Shown here: positions 48,201-60,511 of the stretch, one piece after another
How positions within the stretch are numbered: position 1 is the stretch's first letter
How the letters are laid out: each line of letters starts with the position of its first letter
Source of the DNA: Plasmodiophora brassicae
Lineage: Eukaryota
Assembly (NCBI GenBank): GCA_036867785.1
Contig: CP145412.1
Coordinates: 62,001-126,000, forward strand
Direction: 5' to 3'
Length of the DNA: 64,000 bases
Program-made: the position numbers and the translations under genes
Notes under the pieces: generated by a model
Seen by the model: only the letters and a program-made list of their open reading frames with translations
What the model was told of the DNA's origin: nothing
The model's database searches: none

Positions 48201-51181
48201 CAAGAATTCGGTCACGAAGAAGACGACAGCTTGTTTCGAACCTAGGCAAGAAGCGCTATTTGGCATGCTGCTCGCGCCAATACTAAATTCTGCAATGGTC
48301 GCAGTCTGGATTACATTGTTGTTAAGATGCCAAGGTGGTCGGTTTGTCATAGCGACGTTCTCCAAGCCCTGACGTTCGCTGTTAGATGGGATTTGCGCAA
48401 GTTCTGGCGCGTCTCGAATCACCTGGGGAGCAGTATGAAGAGTGTAGGCGAAATCATGGCAATCGGACGTAGTTTCGAAGAGGCTTTCCAAAAGGGTTCG
48501 CTATGAGTCCTGTCAGGGTCAGATTGACGACTGACCACTTTCAGGCGTCCGAATGGTGGACGGAGAGCTCGATGGGTTTGGGGACTCGGTAGGCGATGTG
48601 GAGACGTTGACTAGAGACGAACTGGACAATGCGCTTCGCAACCCGGACGATCGTCGGCTCCTGTATCTCGCAGCAGCGCTCAGAAGAGGTATGCTCTTCG
48701 TCGCCTGCGTCGTCTCGTTCGCTCATCATCTTCAGGGTACACTGTGGAACGTATTCATGAGCTAACGTTCATCGATCAGTTCTTCCTTTGCAAGCTGCGA
48801 AACATCATCCAGATCGATATGACGTTGAGCGCATCGCCTTCCTTGTGGTCGGTGTCGCCATCGCGACTTCTGGAGGCCAAACGTGTAGGTCTGTTGTCAG
48901 TTCGTCGTGCTCTGCACTGACGATTGTGCCTCCAGGCTGGATTTGGCGACCAACAGATTGGCCGTTGCTGTCGCGTTACCGAACCTGAGGTTCGCAAGTA
49001 CCGCCAACAGTCCGGCGTCCTGCCCTACGTCAAGCAAATCGACACGCTGGCGGCCGAGTTCCCTGCGGTCACCAATTACCTGTACATGACGTACAATGCC
49101 GTCGAGCACGACGTGGCGTTCACGACTCGTGGCGTCATCGTTCTTGGCTGCGGCGCCTACCGTATCGGCAGCAGCTGTGAATTCGATTGGTGTGCCGTGT
49201 CCTGCCTGCGCACGCTTCGTTCCCTGGATGTCATGTCCGTCATGATCAACTATAACCCGTTCGTGCGAACCCTGTATGAGATCCGATACGTTCTCTGATG
49301 TCGTTGCATCCCAGGGAGACAGTCAGCACTGACTACGGTGGGCCCTGACCCGTTGCCTCACGTGTGCCAAGGTACCCTAGAATAACAACTTTGTTACAGA
49401 TGAGTGCGACCGCCTTTACTTTGAAGAACTGTCGTTCGAACGTGTCGTCGACATTTACGAGGTTGGTTGGCTCAAGTCGTTGCCGTCACCCACTAAGCGT
49501 CGTGTATGGTACAGTGTGAGATGGGCATGGGCGTTGTCGTGTCTGTTGGCGGCCAGATTCCGAACTGTCTCGCTCTGCCTTTACATCGATACGGGGTGCG
49601 GATTCTCGGAACGCACCCGAACTCGATTGACAGCGCCGAGGACCGCCACAAGTTCAGCGAATTGCTGGACAGTCTGGGCGTTGACCAACCGGAATGGCAA
49701 GAACTGACTACGGTACGTACAAATATCTCCTGGCGTGCTGAATGCCAACTTGCCGCCTGACCATCGCCCATCGTTAGATTCCTGATGCCCTTAAGTTCGC
49801 TGCGAAGGTCGGATATCCTTGCCTTGTTCGTCCCAGTTACGTGTTATCCGGCGCCGCCATGAACGTCGCCTTTACGGATGCCGACTTGGAGGTTAGGGTC
49901 TCCATTACTGTTCGCTTCCCGTTGGCTCAGTTGTTCGGTAGGACTTCTTAACGCAAGCGTGCAATGTATCCACCATGGCGCCCGTGGTGATGACGAAGTT
50001 CATCGAGAATGCTAAAGAGATCGAGTTCGACGCCGTCGCCCACAAGGGCGTCGTCGTTAACTATGCGATCTCGGAGCACGTTGAAAACGCTGGCGTTCAC
50101 AGTGGTGATGCCACGTTGATCCTGCCGGCCCAGAAGCTGTACATGGAGACGATTCGGTTGGTGAAGCGGGCCGCGCGCCGCATTGCTGCTGCCCTGAACA
50201 TCACCGGGCCGTTCAACATCCAGTTCCTGAGTCGCGACAATGAAATCAAGGTCATCGAATGCAACCTGAGGGCGTCACGATCGTTCCCGTTCGTTTCGAA
50301 GACGTTCAACGTGAACTTCATCGAGCTCAGCACGAAGGCCATGGTCGGGAAACCCGTTAAACCCCAGACCATCGACCTGTCCGATATACCATTCGTCTGC
50401 TGCAAGGTTGCTATTCGCTTCAGCCTGTATTCGGTAGACGCTAACGGCGTGCTATAGGCGCCCATGTTCTCATTTACGCGTCTGGCTGGAGCCGATCCAG
50501 CGTTACGCGTCGAAATGGCGTCGACTGGAGAGGTCTGCCCTTTGGTCGGCATGTCGATGCGATTGACGAACACTGTCGCGTCAGGTGGCGTGCTTTGGTT
50601 CGGATCGTTACGAAGCGTTTCTGAAGGCGGTGCTGTCCACCGGGTTCCGATTGCCGAAGCGGAACATCTTGTTCTCGGCCGCGTCCGTGTCGGCCCGACT
50701 GGAATTTCTGGAGTCTGCCCGTGAATTGCAACGCATGGGGTTCTCTCTGTACGCGACTCATGGGACGGCCGCGTTCCTCGAGGAGAACGATGTCAACGCC
50801 GTCGTCGTGCACAAGCTTAGCTCGGGGCAGCACCCGGACGTCATTGACAAGATTAAGGCTGGTGAGATCGACCTGGTGATCAACATCCCCGATTCCAAGA
50901 ATCGACAGCAGGTATGCTTGTTCCTGGGTGGTGTTCATCGGTCGTGCTGAGGGCCACCCGAATCAGATGACCGATGGCTATCACATTCGTAGAACGTCGG
51001 TCGACTTCTCCGTGGGCCTCATCACCAACATCAAGTGTGCCGTGCTTCTTGTTGGCGCTTTGATTCGAGTAGGCATCGTGATGAGGAACCCCGCTGACAT
51101 GCCTCTGACCTATAATAGGTTAAGAGATTCAACCTGAAGTCGTGGTGCGACTACCTACGCGATGGCCGAGGCGGGATCTGA
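45275..51181 (+). CDS. Glutamine-dependent carbamoyl-phosphate synthetase II (fused GATase, CPSase and MGS domains), ~25+ introns
   Basis: [29 protein letters not shown] (catalytic Cys); [69 protein letters not shown]. Ends ...[14 protein letters not shown]. Confidence 0.95.
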
Positions 51182-51339
51182 TTCTCGCACCCCTGCTCAC
51201 CATTGTTCTCCACATATACGATGTTTGTGACACCATCCGAACTATGAAACATCGCCACTAGCGACAGACCACCGGTCGGCCTGAACGTGCATAAGGTTTG
51301 CTATATTCCATATTAGCGGGACAGGTGCAGATCGGAAGG

Positions 51340-53400
51340 CTACCAATAGTCGCCACAGGAGCACTGGCCGTTGCGGAAGAAGTGGTGCCGGCTGGCATCG
51401 CGCGTGAAGATGTCGCGTTTGTACAGGGCAGAGATGCGCTTCGACGTTTCGTGGCAGTCGGGGCACACCCTGAGGTTCTTCGTCAGGCGGATCGGCTCGT
51501 GAGCTGCCAGATGAAGCAGGCCATAGGCGATGGCGAGCACCTCGCTGTGCAGCGACAGCGAGCGTCGCGCTTCCTGCGCCGACGAGAACCGACTTGCGAC
51601 GAGCTGCGACGTGTCAGGAGCGTACCCATGCACATCCAGGTGCCGCACCAGCTCCGCATGCTTCTCCTTCAGCGCCGCATCCTTGAAGTACTTCTCGTCC
51701 TCGGATACGAACGCGACCAGCCCCGACGTTGGCAGGTACAGCGACGTCTTCGCGGGCGTCTTGCTTAACCCCAGGCGGTGCATCTCCTCGCGCAACCGAA
51801 CGCTGTCGTCGTTGCGGCGCGCGCTCCCGTAGATGACGGCCATCAGCGAGTACGCGGACGCCACGTGCCGCTGCGACGCGTTCGGGATCGCTTGTATCCT
51901 CGCGAACGCGCGTTCGGCCCTGACGACGTCGTCGTGTTTCCGGCAGGCGCTCAGCAGCGTTAACCAGGCGATGATGTCGTCCCCGGCCGTCTCCGTTGCG
52001 ATGCGCTCCGCCTCGTCCAGGTTGCCGACCCTGCCGTGCAGATCGATCAGGCAGGTCATGTGGGCCCCGTCAACCGGGAACGATCCCCGCCGCTGGAACT
52101 CGTCGACGATCGCGTTCGCCTGGTCCAGGTCGCCGACGTGGCTGCACCCAGCGAGCAGCGACGCCAGCGTCGGCGGTGTCGGTTCCAGCCCAGCGCGCTT
52201 CAGCTTGTCGTACGTCTGCCGCGCGTTCGCCAGCATGCCATGGTGGCTGTACGCGGCGATCATGGCGTTGAACGGGGTGACGCCCGGCGTCGACACGAGA
52301 CATCGTCGCCGGAACACGTTCTCGGCGGCGTGCAGGTCGCTGCAATGCGCGAAGGCGGACACGAACGCGCTGACGACAAAGTCGTTGCGCAGCACGTCGT
52401 TCGGCAGGTTCGTCGCGTGCTCGTACAGGATTTGGACGGCGGCGAGGTCCGAGGCGCGACCGCAGGCGGCGACGAGGAGGCTGAGGACGGGCGTGTCGAC
52501 GGGAAGGCCCCGGGCGACCATCTTCCGGACCAGGTCCAGGGCGTCGCTGATGCGGTCGAGCTTCGCCAGGACGGAGAGGATCTTGGTGTACAGGAACGCG
52601 GACGGCTGCATGCCGGTGGTGTCGATGGCGTCCAGGGCGCGCATGGCGGCGTCGATGCGCTCCTGGGCCAGCAGCGGTTTGATGAGGTTGGAGAACGGGC
52701 GCTGGTCGGCGGGCGGGCAAAGGCGTTTCAGGCGGAGGAGGTCGAACAGGCGTTCGGCGGTGTCGGCCGACTGACGACTGAACATGGCCTCGGCGCAGCA
52801 GGCGGCGAAGATGGACAGCAGCTTCGTGTCGATGGCGACGAGGTCGTTGTCGGCGATGTCGGCGACGAGGAACAGGGCGGACGCCGGGCGCTTGGCGACT
52901 CGGCAGATGTTGGCGATGCCGAAGATGACGTTGTAGGTGCGCGGGCCGCACCGGGCGTACGCGTCCAGGGCGTCGTCGAGCAGGACGGGTTCCGCGCTCT
53001 GACACGCGGCCAGGAACGAGCAGAACATGGCGTCGCTGATGTAGATGCCGCGAGCCTCGGCGGCGCGCATGACGTCGACGGCCCCGCCGGGGTCGTACCG
53101 TTTGCAGAACGCCATCATCGTCGTGTAGAACCGGAAATCGGCGTCGATGCGCTCGTCGAGCACGCGACGGAACACGACCCAGGCGTGGTGCGGGTCCGTC
53201 TCGGCCTGCAGGGCGCGCACCGCCGCGACCGCCGACGGCCGCCCCATGAACGATTCGAAGGAGCGCGAGATCGCCGGGTCCCGCTCGCGCCGCACGACGT
53301 GGCCCGCCGCCCGCCCAGCAGCAGCAGCAGCAGCAGCAGCAGACGACACCCACCGCGGGCCATGTTGCAGTCGACCAATGACGCAGCGAGCTGCAGCCAT
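51340..53400 (-). CDS. PLS-class PPR protein with E1/E2 and DYW cytidine-deaminase domain, intronless, putative mitochondrial presequence
   Basis: About 11 PPR motifs ending in P2-L2-S2 (PFNAMIAAYSHHG, TLASLLAGCSHVG, HMTCLIDLHGRVG); E1 AWLTLLSACRKH; E2 AYSLMAVIYG; GYAPDT; HSEVLAIAYGL; KNLRVCPDCH; HHFFRNGQCSCGDYW. Confidence 0.95.
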   Translation of the reverse strand: MAAARCVIGRLQHGPRWVSSAAAAAAAAGRAAGHVVRRERDPAISRSFESFMGRPSAVAAVRALQAETDPHHAWVVFRRVLDERIDADFRFYTTMMAFCKRYDPGGAVDVMRAAEARGIYISDAMFCSFLAACQSAEPVLLDDALDAYARCGPRTYNVIFGIANICRVAKRPASALFLVADIADNDLVAIDTKLLSIFAACCAEAMFSRQSADTAERLFDLLRLKRLCPPADQRPFSNLIKPLLAQERIDAAMRALDAIDTTGMQPSAFLYTKILSVLAKLDRISDALDLVRKMVARGLPVDTPVLSLLVAACGRASDLAAVQILYEHATNLPNDVLRNDFVVSAFVSAFAHCSDLHAAENVFRRRCLVSTPGVTPFNAMIAAYSHHGMLANARQTYDKLKRAGLEPTPPTLASLLAGCSHVGDLDQANAIVDEFQRRGSFPVDGAHMTCLIDLHGRVGNLDEAERIATETAGDDIIAWLTLLSACRKHDDVVRAERAFARIQAIPNASQRHVASAYSLMAVIYGSARRNDDSVRLREEMHRLGLSKTPAKTSLYLPTSGLVAFVSEDEKYFKDAALKEKHAELVRHLDVHGYAPDTSQLVASRFSSAQEARRSLSLHSEVLAIAYGLLHLAAHEPIRLTKNLRVCPDCHETSKRISALYKRDIFTRDASRHHFFRNGQCSCGDYW

Positions 53401-53579
53401 TTATGCGCCGGGCCAGTCAGTGCCTGAGCTGCACAGCACGTGCAACTGCCGCCGCTCGCGCGTCAGTCACGGAGTTCCCCCGGGGGGCACTGGGAGCTGC
53501 ACGCACTCTCCGTTGAGCTGCAGGGTGGGGGCGCGCGCGACGGGGCTCCGCACCACTACACAGGCGGCCACGCTGCTGT

Positions 53580-56500
53580 TTACTCGGGAAGGATCTGTCC
53601 TGCGGAGCGGAGCAGGTCGTCGATGATGCCGACGGCGTCGTCGAGGTGGGTTTTGATGGCTTTGCGGTCGACCGTCACGGCGCGGGGGCGACGATCGGAC
53701 CGGGCGTTCTCCTTGTCGGACTCGATGGCGGACAGCAGGTCGTGGCCCTGGAAACGCGCCCCGATCCGGTCCAGCGTTGCGCGGGCGTCGTCCAGGTCGT
53801 TGTCGTCGGCGCGAACCTCGTCCTCGATGTGATCCAGACGGCGTCGCAGGGCGTCCAGACGGTTCTGTTCGAGTTGCCCGTGAATCTACGAACAGGGCTC
53901 AGTGTGTCGCCATGCTGGGATCACGTTCGCCCAGTAGGGTCTCACTGATTCGGCATCGGCCCCGCAGAGGTTCAGATCGGCGCGAAGGCGCTCGGCGCGC
54001 TGCAGGACTTGATCGAGGCGGCCCTCGAACTGGCCAATGTTGTCGCGCAGTGCGCGCACCTGCGAGAACCGCGATTCCGCTGCGGAGTATCAGATTGGTT
54101 ACCCGCGCACATACGGAACCGCAAACGTGGCGACTGACGAAGTTGCGAGATCGCATCGGCGTCGTCCTTCGAGAGCACCATATCGGTGACGGCGAAGGCG
54201 CAGCCGACGCCCGGATCGGCGCCGCTAACCAGGTCGGCTTCGACGACCAGCGACGGCTCCTCGTGGATGTCCTGGACCGACAGGAACTTCATCGACGGCG
54301 CCCCGCTGTCTAGCAGGGCGGATGGCGGCAACGCCGGCGACGACGTCGTCTGCGTCCAGGCCAGGCCATCGCCTTGCAAGGCGGCCGGGTTCAGAATCGC
54401 CAGCAGCCCGGTTCGGAATCCGGTGATCCGGCTCGGATCGCCGCCTTCCGGGACCGGGAATGCCGACCGGACCTCGTCCAGGTGCGCGTGCATCTTCGCC
54501 TCAAGCAACTCAGCGTCAATCGCACTTAGAATTCGGCCCTGCACACACTCAATGAGTACAACAATGCCATGGGGGGCGCCCGTATTCCCAGACTCACGTC
54601 CGATCGTTTCAAAGCCGCCAGCGAAGGTCCCGGTCGTGGTGTGGGCAGACGCCGAAACGTCTTCGGGATGCCCGGGCGACACAGCTGTACATGGTGGAGG
54701 TCGTCCGCGTTCCGCTCAGGTCGGTGGTCGCCTGTCGGGACCTCGCCTCGATCTTCGCCGAGCAGCCATTCGCTAAGTTGGACCGAGAACGGCACAGGCT
54801 CGGGTGCTATGGACTCCACATCCGCCTCGGTTTCGTCGTTCACGTTCGTAGACGCAGTTGCCTCATCGTCGTCCGCATCGTGCCCGTCGCCATCGTCAGC
54901 GACAGAGGCGTCTTCACTGTGCTCGGAGCTAATAGCCATCTCGGCAGGGCACACGACATGCTCCTCTTGCTCTGTGCCTGCTGCAGACGGTTCCCGCTCA
55001 GGTTCCTCACCCAACACATAGTCTTGCACAACCGGCTCCTGGGGCGATGCGGGTTCCTGCGCGACATCGGGAACCAGGACGGTTTCGTTTTCTTCCGTCA
55101 TGGTCGTCACGTCCGCACATCGTACCCAGACGTCGGCAGGAAGCCTGCGGACGTCTGTATCAGCGGTCTGCACTGAAGAAGCAGATGTTCGAACTGGAAC
55201 GGGCGGCTTCTGGAAGGTCGTCAACGGCTCCACACTGCGGCCGGCGACGGCGCTTCGGACGAGCCGAGGTATCTTCAGGGGCGATGCGGCGCGGTGAGTT
55301 CGCTTCGGGACCAGCGGCTGGAACAGGCGCGCAGGACGCGCCTGCTTCAGGGGCGGGACCGCCATCATGCGACGCGGTTTCGGATCAGCGTTCACCCTCA
55401 CGAGAGGGCCCGGTTCCGCAACGTGGCCTCGCCTCGTCGCCATCGAAGGCCAGATGGAGTTACACACGCTGTTGCCGCCGCTTGGCGTCGTCGTGCGCAT
55501 TCCAGACCGGAACGTTGACCAGATGCACGATCGTGGCGTCGCGTCCCGGTTGCCGTCAACGGCAACGAAACGGGGATCGACGTCGTCCTTCACTTCTTCG
55601 TGTTCCACTTCAGCGACAGCACGCGGCACCGGTTCCGGTTGCTGCCGTTGTTTCGGCGTCGTCGCCGTCGCCTTCAGCAGGGCGAGGAGGTGACGGGGCG
55701 ACAGCTGCGGGCCCAGCATCTTCACGACGTCGTCGCGGGACAGCATCGTCCCCATCTCGTTCAGCAGGTGCACGTCGATGTCTTCCGGGCGCGTCACCGC
55801 AGCAGGCGGCGTTTGCGTCGCCGGAGCCGCTGCCGGAGCCGCCGCCGGAGCAACCACCGCCGGCTCCGGCGGGGAACTTTGGACTGTCGAGGCAGCACTC
55901 CTTACCGTCGACATCGGTGTCGCGGTCGAATCCGACGTCGTCCTTGCTGTGCCCGTCGTCGTCGTTAACGTGGTGATCGACGACAGTGGACTCTTTCGTG
56001 ACGACGATGACGACGACGACAATGACGATGGGCGATTGGCGGCGGTGGTCTTCGCGACCGTGACGTCGAGGCGGGGTACGGGTGGCGCCGGTTTCGGAGC
56101 GTCCACGACGATCGTCAGCGGCTTCGCTGGCGGGAGCGATACGGGCCGTCCCGTTTCCGCCGCCCATTGCCGCGGCAGGTCGACGGTTATCCAGCGAATC
56201 GCATTCGAGAGCGCGTCCGCCATCGGCGCCGTCGTCGTCGTCGCCGCCGCGAATTCCTGGCAGACGCGATCGACTTCGCCGGCGTCGTCGGCGAACCATG
56301 GCCCTGGCGGTGACGTGTCGCGCTCCACAGTGACAGCGGGGAGGCGCGCGACAGCAACGTCGAACGCTGCCCGGTGCCGGGCGACAATGCGGGCCGGGTC
56401 CAGGAACCGGGCCACGTTCCTGGCGGTCGCCACCGACGGGTCTGCGTTCATCCCGGCGATCACCCGGTCCTGCAACGCCGACTCGGGCAACGTCGGCAAC

Positions 56501-59164
56501 ACCGACGCCAATCGCATCAGGCGTAACGCGCTGGACACCGGATCGTCGGTGTCGTGCAGACAGTGCCACGCCCAGACGCATTGCTGCCAGGCGTCGACGT
56601 TCTCCGCTGTCAGCACCACCCGGCACCGTTGCAGAAGCGCACGAACGGGCGCGGGCGCCGCGCGCCCAATCGCGCCCCTACACAGGTCCAACCATTCCCT
56701 GCAGGCGCGGCCGGCGACGTCCTCGCGCTTCGTGTGTCGTCCGAGGTCGATCACGGCGCCGACGTCCTGGCTCGCGATAACGGCGTCGGCGTACTTGACG
56801 ACGACGTCGTCGTCGGCGCCGAACGCCGTCAACGCGACCGCCACCGCCACCATCGGGATCGTGCGACGCGTAACCGCGATCGCGTCTCGGTACCGACGCA
56901 GGCGAAGTAGGTCCCTGAGGCACAGGTCGCGCGTCCATCGCTCCACGACGAGCGCCTGGCGACGCAGGCGTACACCTGGCCCCGGGAACGGCCCGGGCAC
57001 CGTCACGAACTCGTCGTCGTTGTCGTGCGCGACCATGACCGCGGTCAGGACGCTCGCCAAGTCGTCCCTGATGGCGTCCGGCGACGCTTGCGACAGGGAC
57101 ACGGCCCCGGTCATGTCCTGGCGGTACAGGGCGAGTCGGAACCGGGCACGAACATCCCCGGTTTGCTGCAGGGCGCGATCGCACCCTTCGAGGTCGCCCT
57201 CCAGGAACAGACGTTCAGCGACCCGGCCGTCCACATCGTCGTCGTGGATGAAGTCGCCGATGTGCCGAACAATGGCCATCGCCACTCTGCGACAATCGGC
57301 GTCCGGCCCCGTCAGCCGTCGCCAGCAGGCGGACAACATCGGCGGGCAATGCAGGGCGTGATCGACCTGCAACGCCCGGTCGTCGTCGCATTCCACGACG
57401 AGGCGATCTCGCCTGTCGGCTGCCGACGTCCGGAACGACGCCATCGAGACGTACCCGGCGATTTCGTTCCGGTAATGGACGGCGACGGCGTCGTCGACCG
57501 CGTTCAGGGCGACGAACGCGTCCAGATGGCGGCCGGCGTCGATCAACGCCCCGATGAGCGAGCTGGCGTGTTGTACCAGCGCGTGGAGATCGGACGGGAG
57601 GTCGGCGAGCAGGGCAAACAGTGCCTCGAGCGGGTCGGCGGGTCGGCGCCGGTCCCAGACCGCGTCGCCGACGCCGAATGCGACAATGGCGGTGCCGTTC
57701 GACACGACAAGTTCCGGTTTCGACGGGTGACCCGCCAGCGACGGTTTCGCGTTCGGCGGTCCGGTCGGGAACGTGACCGGGAGGAACGTGGTCGGGTCGG
57801 CACGGCTCGGCATCGGCCCAGCGCCGACGCAGACGAGCGCGACGGGGCCTGACCGCCCGACGAACGCGATGTCCAACGACGCCGACAGGAGGCAGACGAG
57901 GCTGGCGTTGACGTCGACCCAGGTCAGGTCGACGATGTCGAGGTCGCTGTGGCTGGGGAACGACCCGATCCCGATCGCGACGGACACGATCGACCCGGTC
58001 GGCATCGCCACGAAATGCAGGGCGGCGTCCCGAGCGTTGCGGTGGTTGACAACCAGAGCGAGGACGGCCCCGTGACGGTCCCATTCGTGCAGAAGGGGCA
58101 ATCGTGCCCCGCTGTCGACCGCGACGTCAACGTCGGCGGACAGCAACGGCGCCCTGCTCCGCATCGACACGATACTGCCCTGCCGACGACGGAGCGTGTC
58201 GCAGGTCTCCTCGTCAGGAGCGGACGGCCCCGACACGTACGCCATGTTCAGCGGGATCAGCAGGCGGCGAACGCGCACGGAACCGTCCACGATGGTGCAT
58301 TGCGTTGCCAGGCAGGTCGTCCCGAGAATCGGGTCCCGGTCGACGAAGTGGAAGCGGATCGGCGACCCGACGCGGAAGTCGTGGTCGACCTGAACCCACC
58401 GGGCGCGACCTTCCAGATCGATCAGCATCGCGCCACCAGGTGCGATCCGGGCCCGCGTTTGGCACAGCCACAACCCTTCGCCCTTCGTGTGAAGCACGAT
58501 GGAACGCGCGTCGTCCGATATCCCGATTCGATCGTAGCCTGCGAGGGGGGGAGACGTCGCCTCAGTGAGCGCTCTTGCTCTGGAGGTGACATTTCCAGGT
58601 ACCCAGCCGGACGGGAGGTGGCGGGATGGCGAAGACGGACGAGGCTCGTTTGGCGCGTTGCTTGCTGAACACGGCGGTGGTGACAGGCGGTGCTGGCACC
58701 GTGTCGCATTCGCCGCTGAACACGCTCCAGATCAGGAGGTCGCCGTTACCGAGCGCCGCGACAACGAAATTCCCTGGCCGCATGCTGGGTTGGAACGCTC
58801 TGCGGTTTCAGACGCGGATAGGATGGCGATTACCGGAGCGGCTGCTGGCAGCGATCGCGAACCGGCACCCGAACTGGCGTTCGAAGAAGTTTCGAGGGCA
58901 GCGCCCGTTGGCGTAGAGAGGCGCGAGTCGAGTTGCATCCGGGACGTCGTCGATCAGGACCATGGACGGGTTGTCGAGCGTGTCGCTGGAGGTGGCGCCC
59001 GGTGCCGTATCGACCTGTACGCCGCAAGGCGATGAGAGGGCGGACATTCCCAGACGAGCGGATGGAGTCGAGCCACGTACGTAGCGGACAGTGGACCATG
59101 GTTTCGTCCTAGGGATTGTGGCAACCAGGCCGACATCTACGCGCACGGTACCTCCGCTGGGCAT
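53580..59164 (-). CDS. CPLANE1: CPLANE1 (C5orf42/JBTS17)-like ciliogenesis protein, multi-exon
   Basis: N-terminal RTKPWSTV, NGDLLIWS and DLTWVD..PTTFLP..SLAGHPSKPELVVSNG resemble CPLANE1 N-terminal blocks. Long central exon; coiled-coil terminal exons end ..GQILPE*. Confidence 0.6.
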
Positions 59165-59949
59165 TGGTTGTTTGAACGCAATCAGCGGCGTCCGACACGT
59201 GCCATGGCAGCTGGGCCTTCGACACGATCGCTCTGACCGTGCTTGTGACTGACAGCGGGGACGACGAACACAATGGACGTACAGACGTGTGGACATGACC
59301 AGCTTAACGTTGCAGGTCATACACGGCACCTTCCAACGACCTACGCTTGTCATCAACACCAGAATGAGTGGGAAGAGAGTGCACGTCCGCAGTGGCCCGC
59401 CCTATGTAGGTCACTGCCACGTACGGGTGCAAGTTGTCAATATCCGTTTTACCCGGCCTTCCAGAAGTTTGAGGAATATCACTGAACGTACAGCTTAATT
59501 AGCGAGAGGTCCCTGACGTCCAGTGGTACGACCAGCGCAGTGTTGTCGAGAACACAACCGATCTCTAACGTTGACAACACGATAAGGATGACAACAAATA
59601 GGCTGCGTGTGTGAACCTAAGAGGTCACGACAGCGTTGTCGTGACGTCTGCGGCATCCGGCGAGGAGAATGGGCCTGCACACACCTGCGCGCGCTCCTCG
59701 CTGAAGACTTGCTAGCTCGCTGGTTCAGACAATATAACTCCCTGATCGCAAGATATGCACGAGACGCTGGTAGAACGTGCGGGGCGTCGTCCTCACCTGA
59801 AATTGTCGCCACACCCCCTGCAGCAGCAGGTGTGGCTTGCGTTGCACAGCCCAAGGACGGTCTTGAACGGGATGATGAGGTGTTAAACGATGCGATCTCT
59901 TCTGCCATAGAGGTGTAGTGTACGAACGCTCGAGACCCGTAATGTTCCC

Positions 59950-60249
59950 CCATGTACTTGTCGCGTGTTGATCATCAAGGACCGCCCAGCTATAAATCTA
60001 ACAATTATCCAGCCCTGTTGCGCAACAGGACGAGGCAAGTTGTATTGTTCAAAGTTCAGGGAAAGAACCCGGTCACGCTGGTATATGAGACGCAGTCCAA
60101 GTTAGCTCGAACGGTAGCTAGTACTGTTGATGAACTTGTCCGCGGCCAAACGGTGGTCATCGCGTAAGTGGCCGAGAAGGTCGTTCCCATCCATATGCGT
60201 TACGGGCAAACGGCAAACAGGGCGCATCATCTCGACAGAAGGAGCAGAT
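59950..60249 (-). pseudogene. Truncated zinc-finger paralog: last finger and 3' flank of copy 4
   Basis: Aligns with 62395-62704. Translates SVEMMRPVCRLPVTHMDGNDLLGHLRDDHRL (first Cys changed to Arg); no 5' part. Confidence 0.85.
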
Positions 60250-60511
60250 CCAGAGGCGCGTTTGACGCTTAGATGACCTTTCGACAGTCATAAAAGAGTC
60301 AATATTGCTGTGACGGAACAGTCAACGGAGAGTCGTTCTTCGTCATCGAAGCGTCCAACCGGTCATTGTGACAGGCAAGAAAACTTGACTGTTGGATGAC
60401 CCTTCTGGGTTTCTAGTGCGGAACCTCCTAACAGGTCACGCGGGCAAGCGCGCCTGCTGTCAACGGGAGGTGGGAGCCGGATCGTCTCTCTGCAATCCGT
60501 TGGCGTCGCCA

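Noticed and set aside
53317-53342. (GCA)n and the many (GAC)n microsatellites
   Set aside because: Ordinary poly-Ala/Ser/Asp coding tracts.
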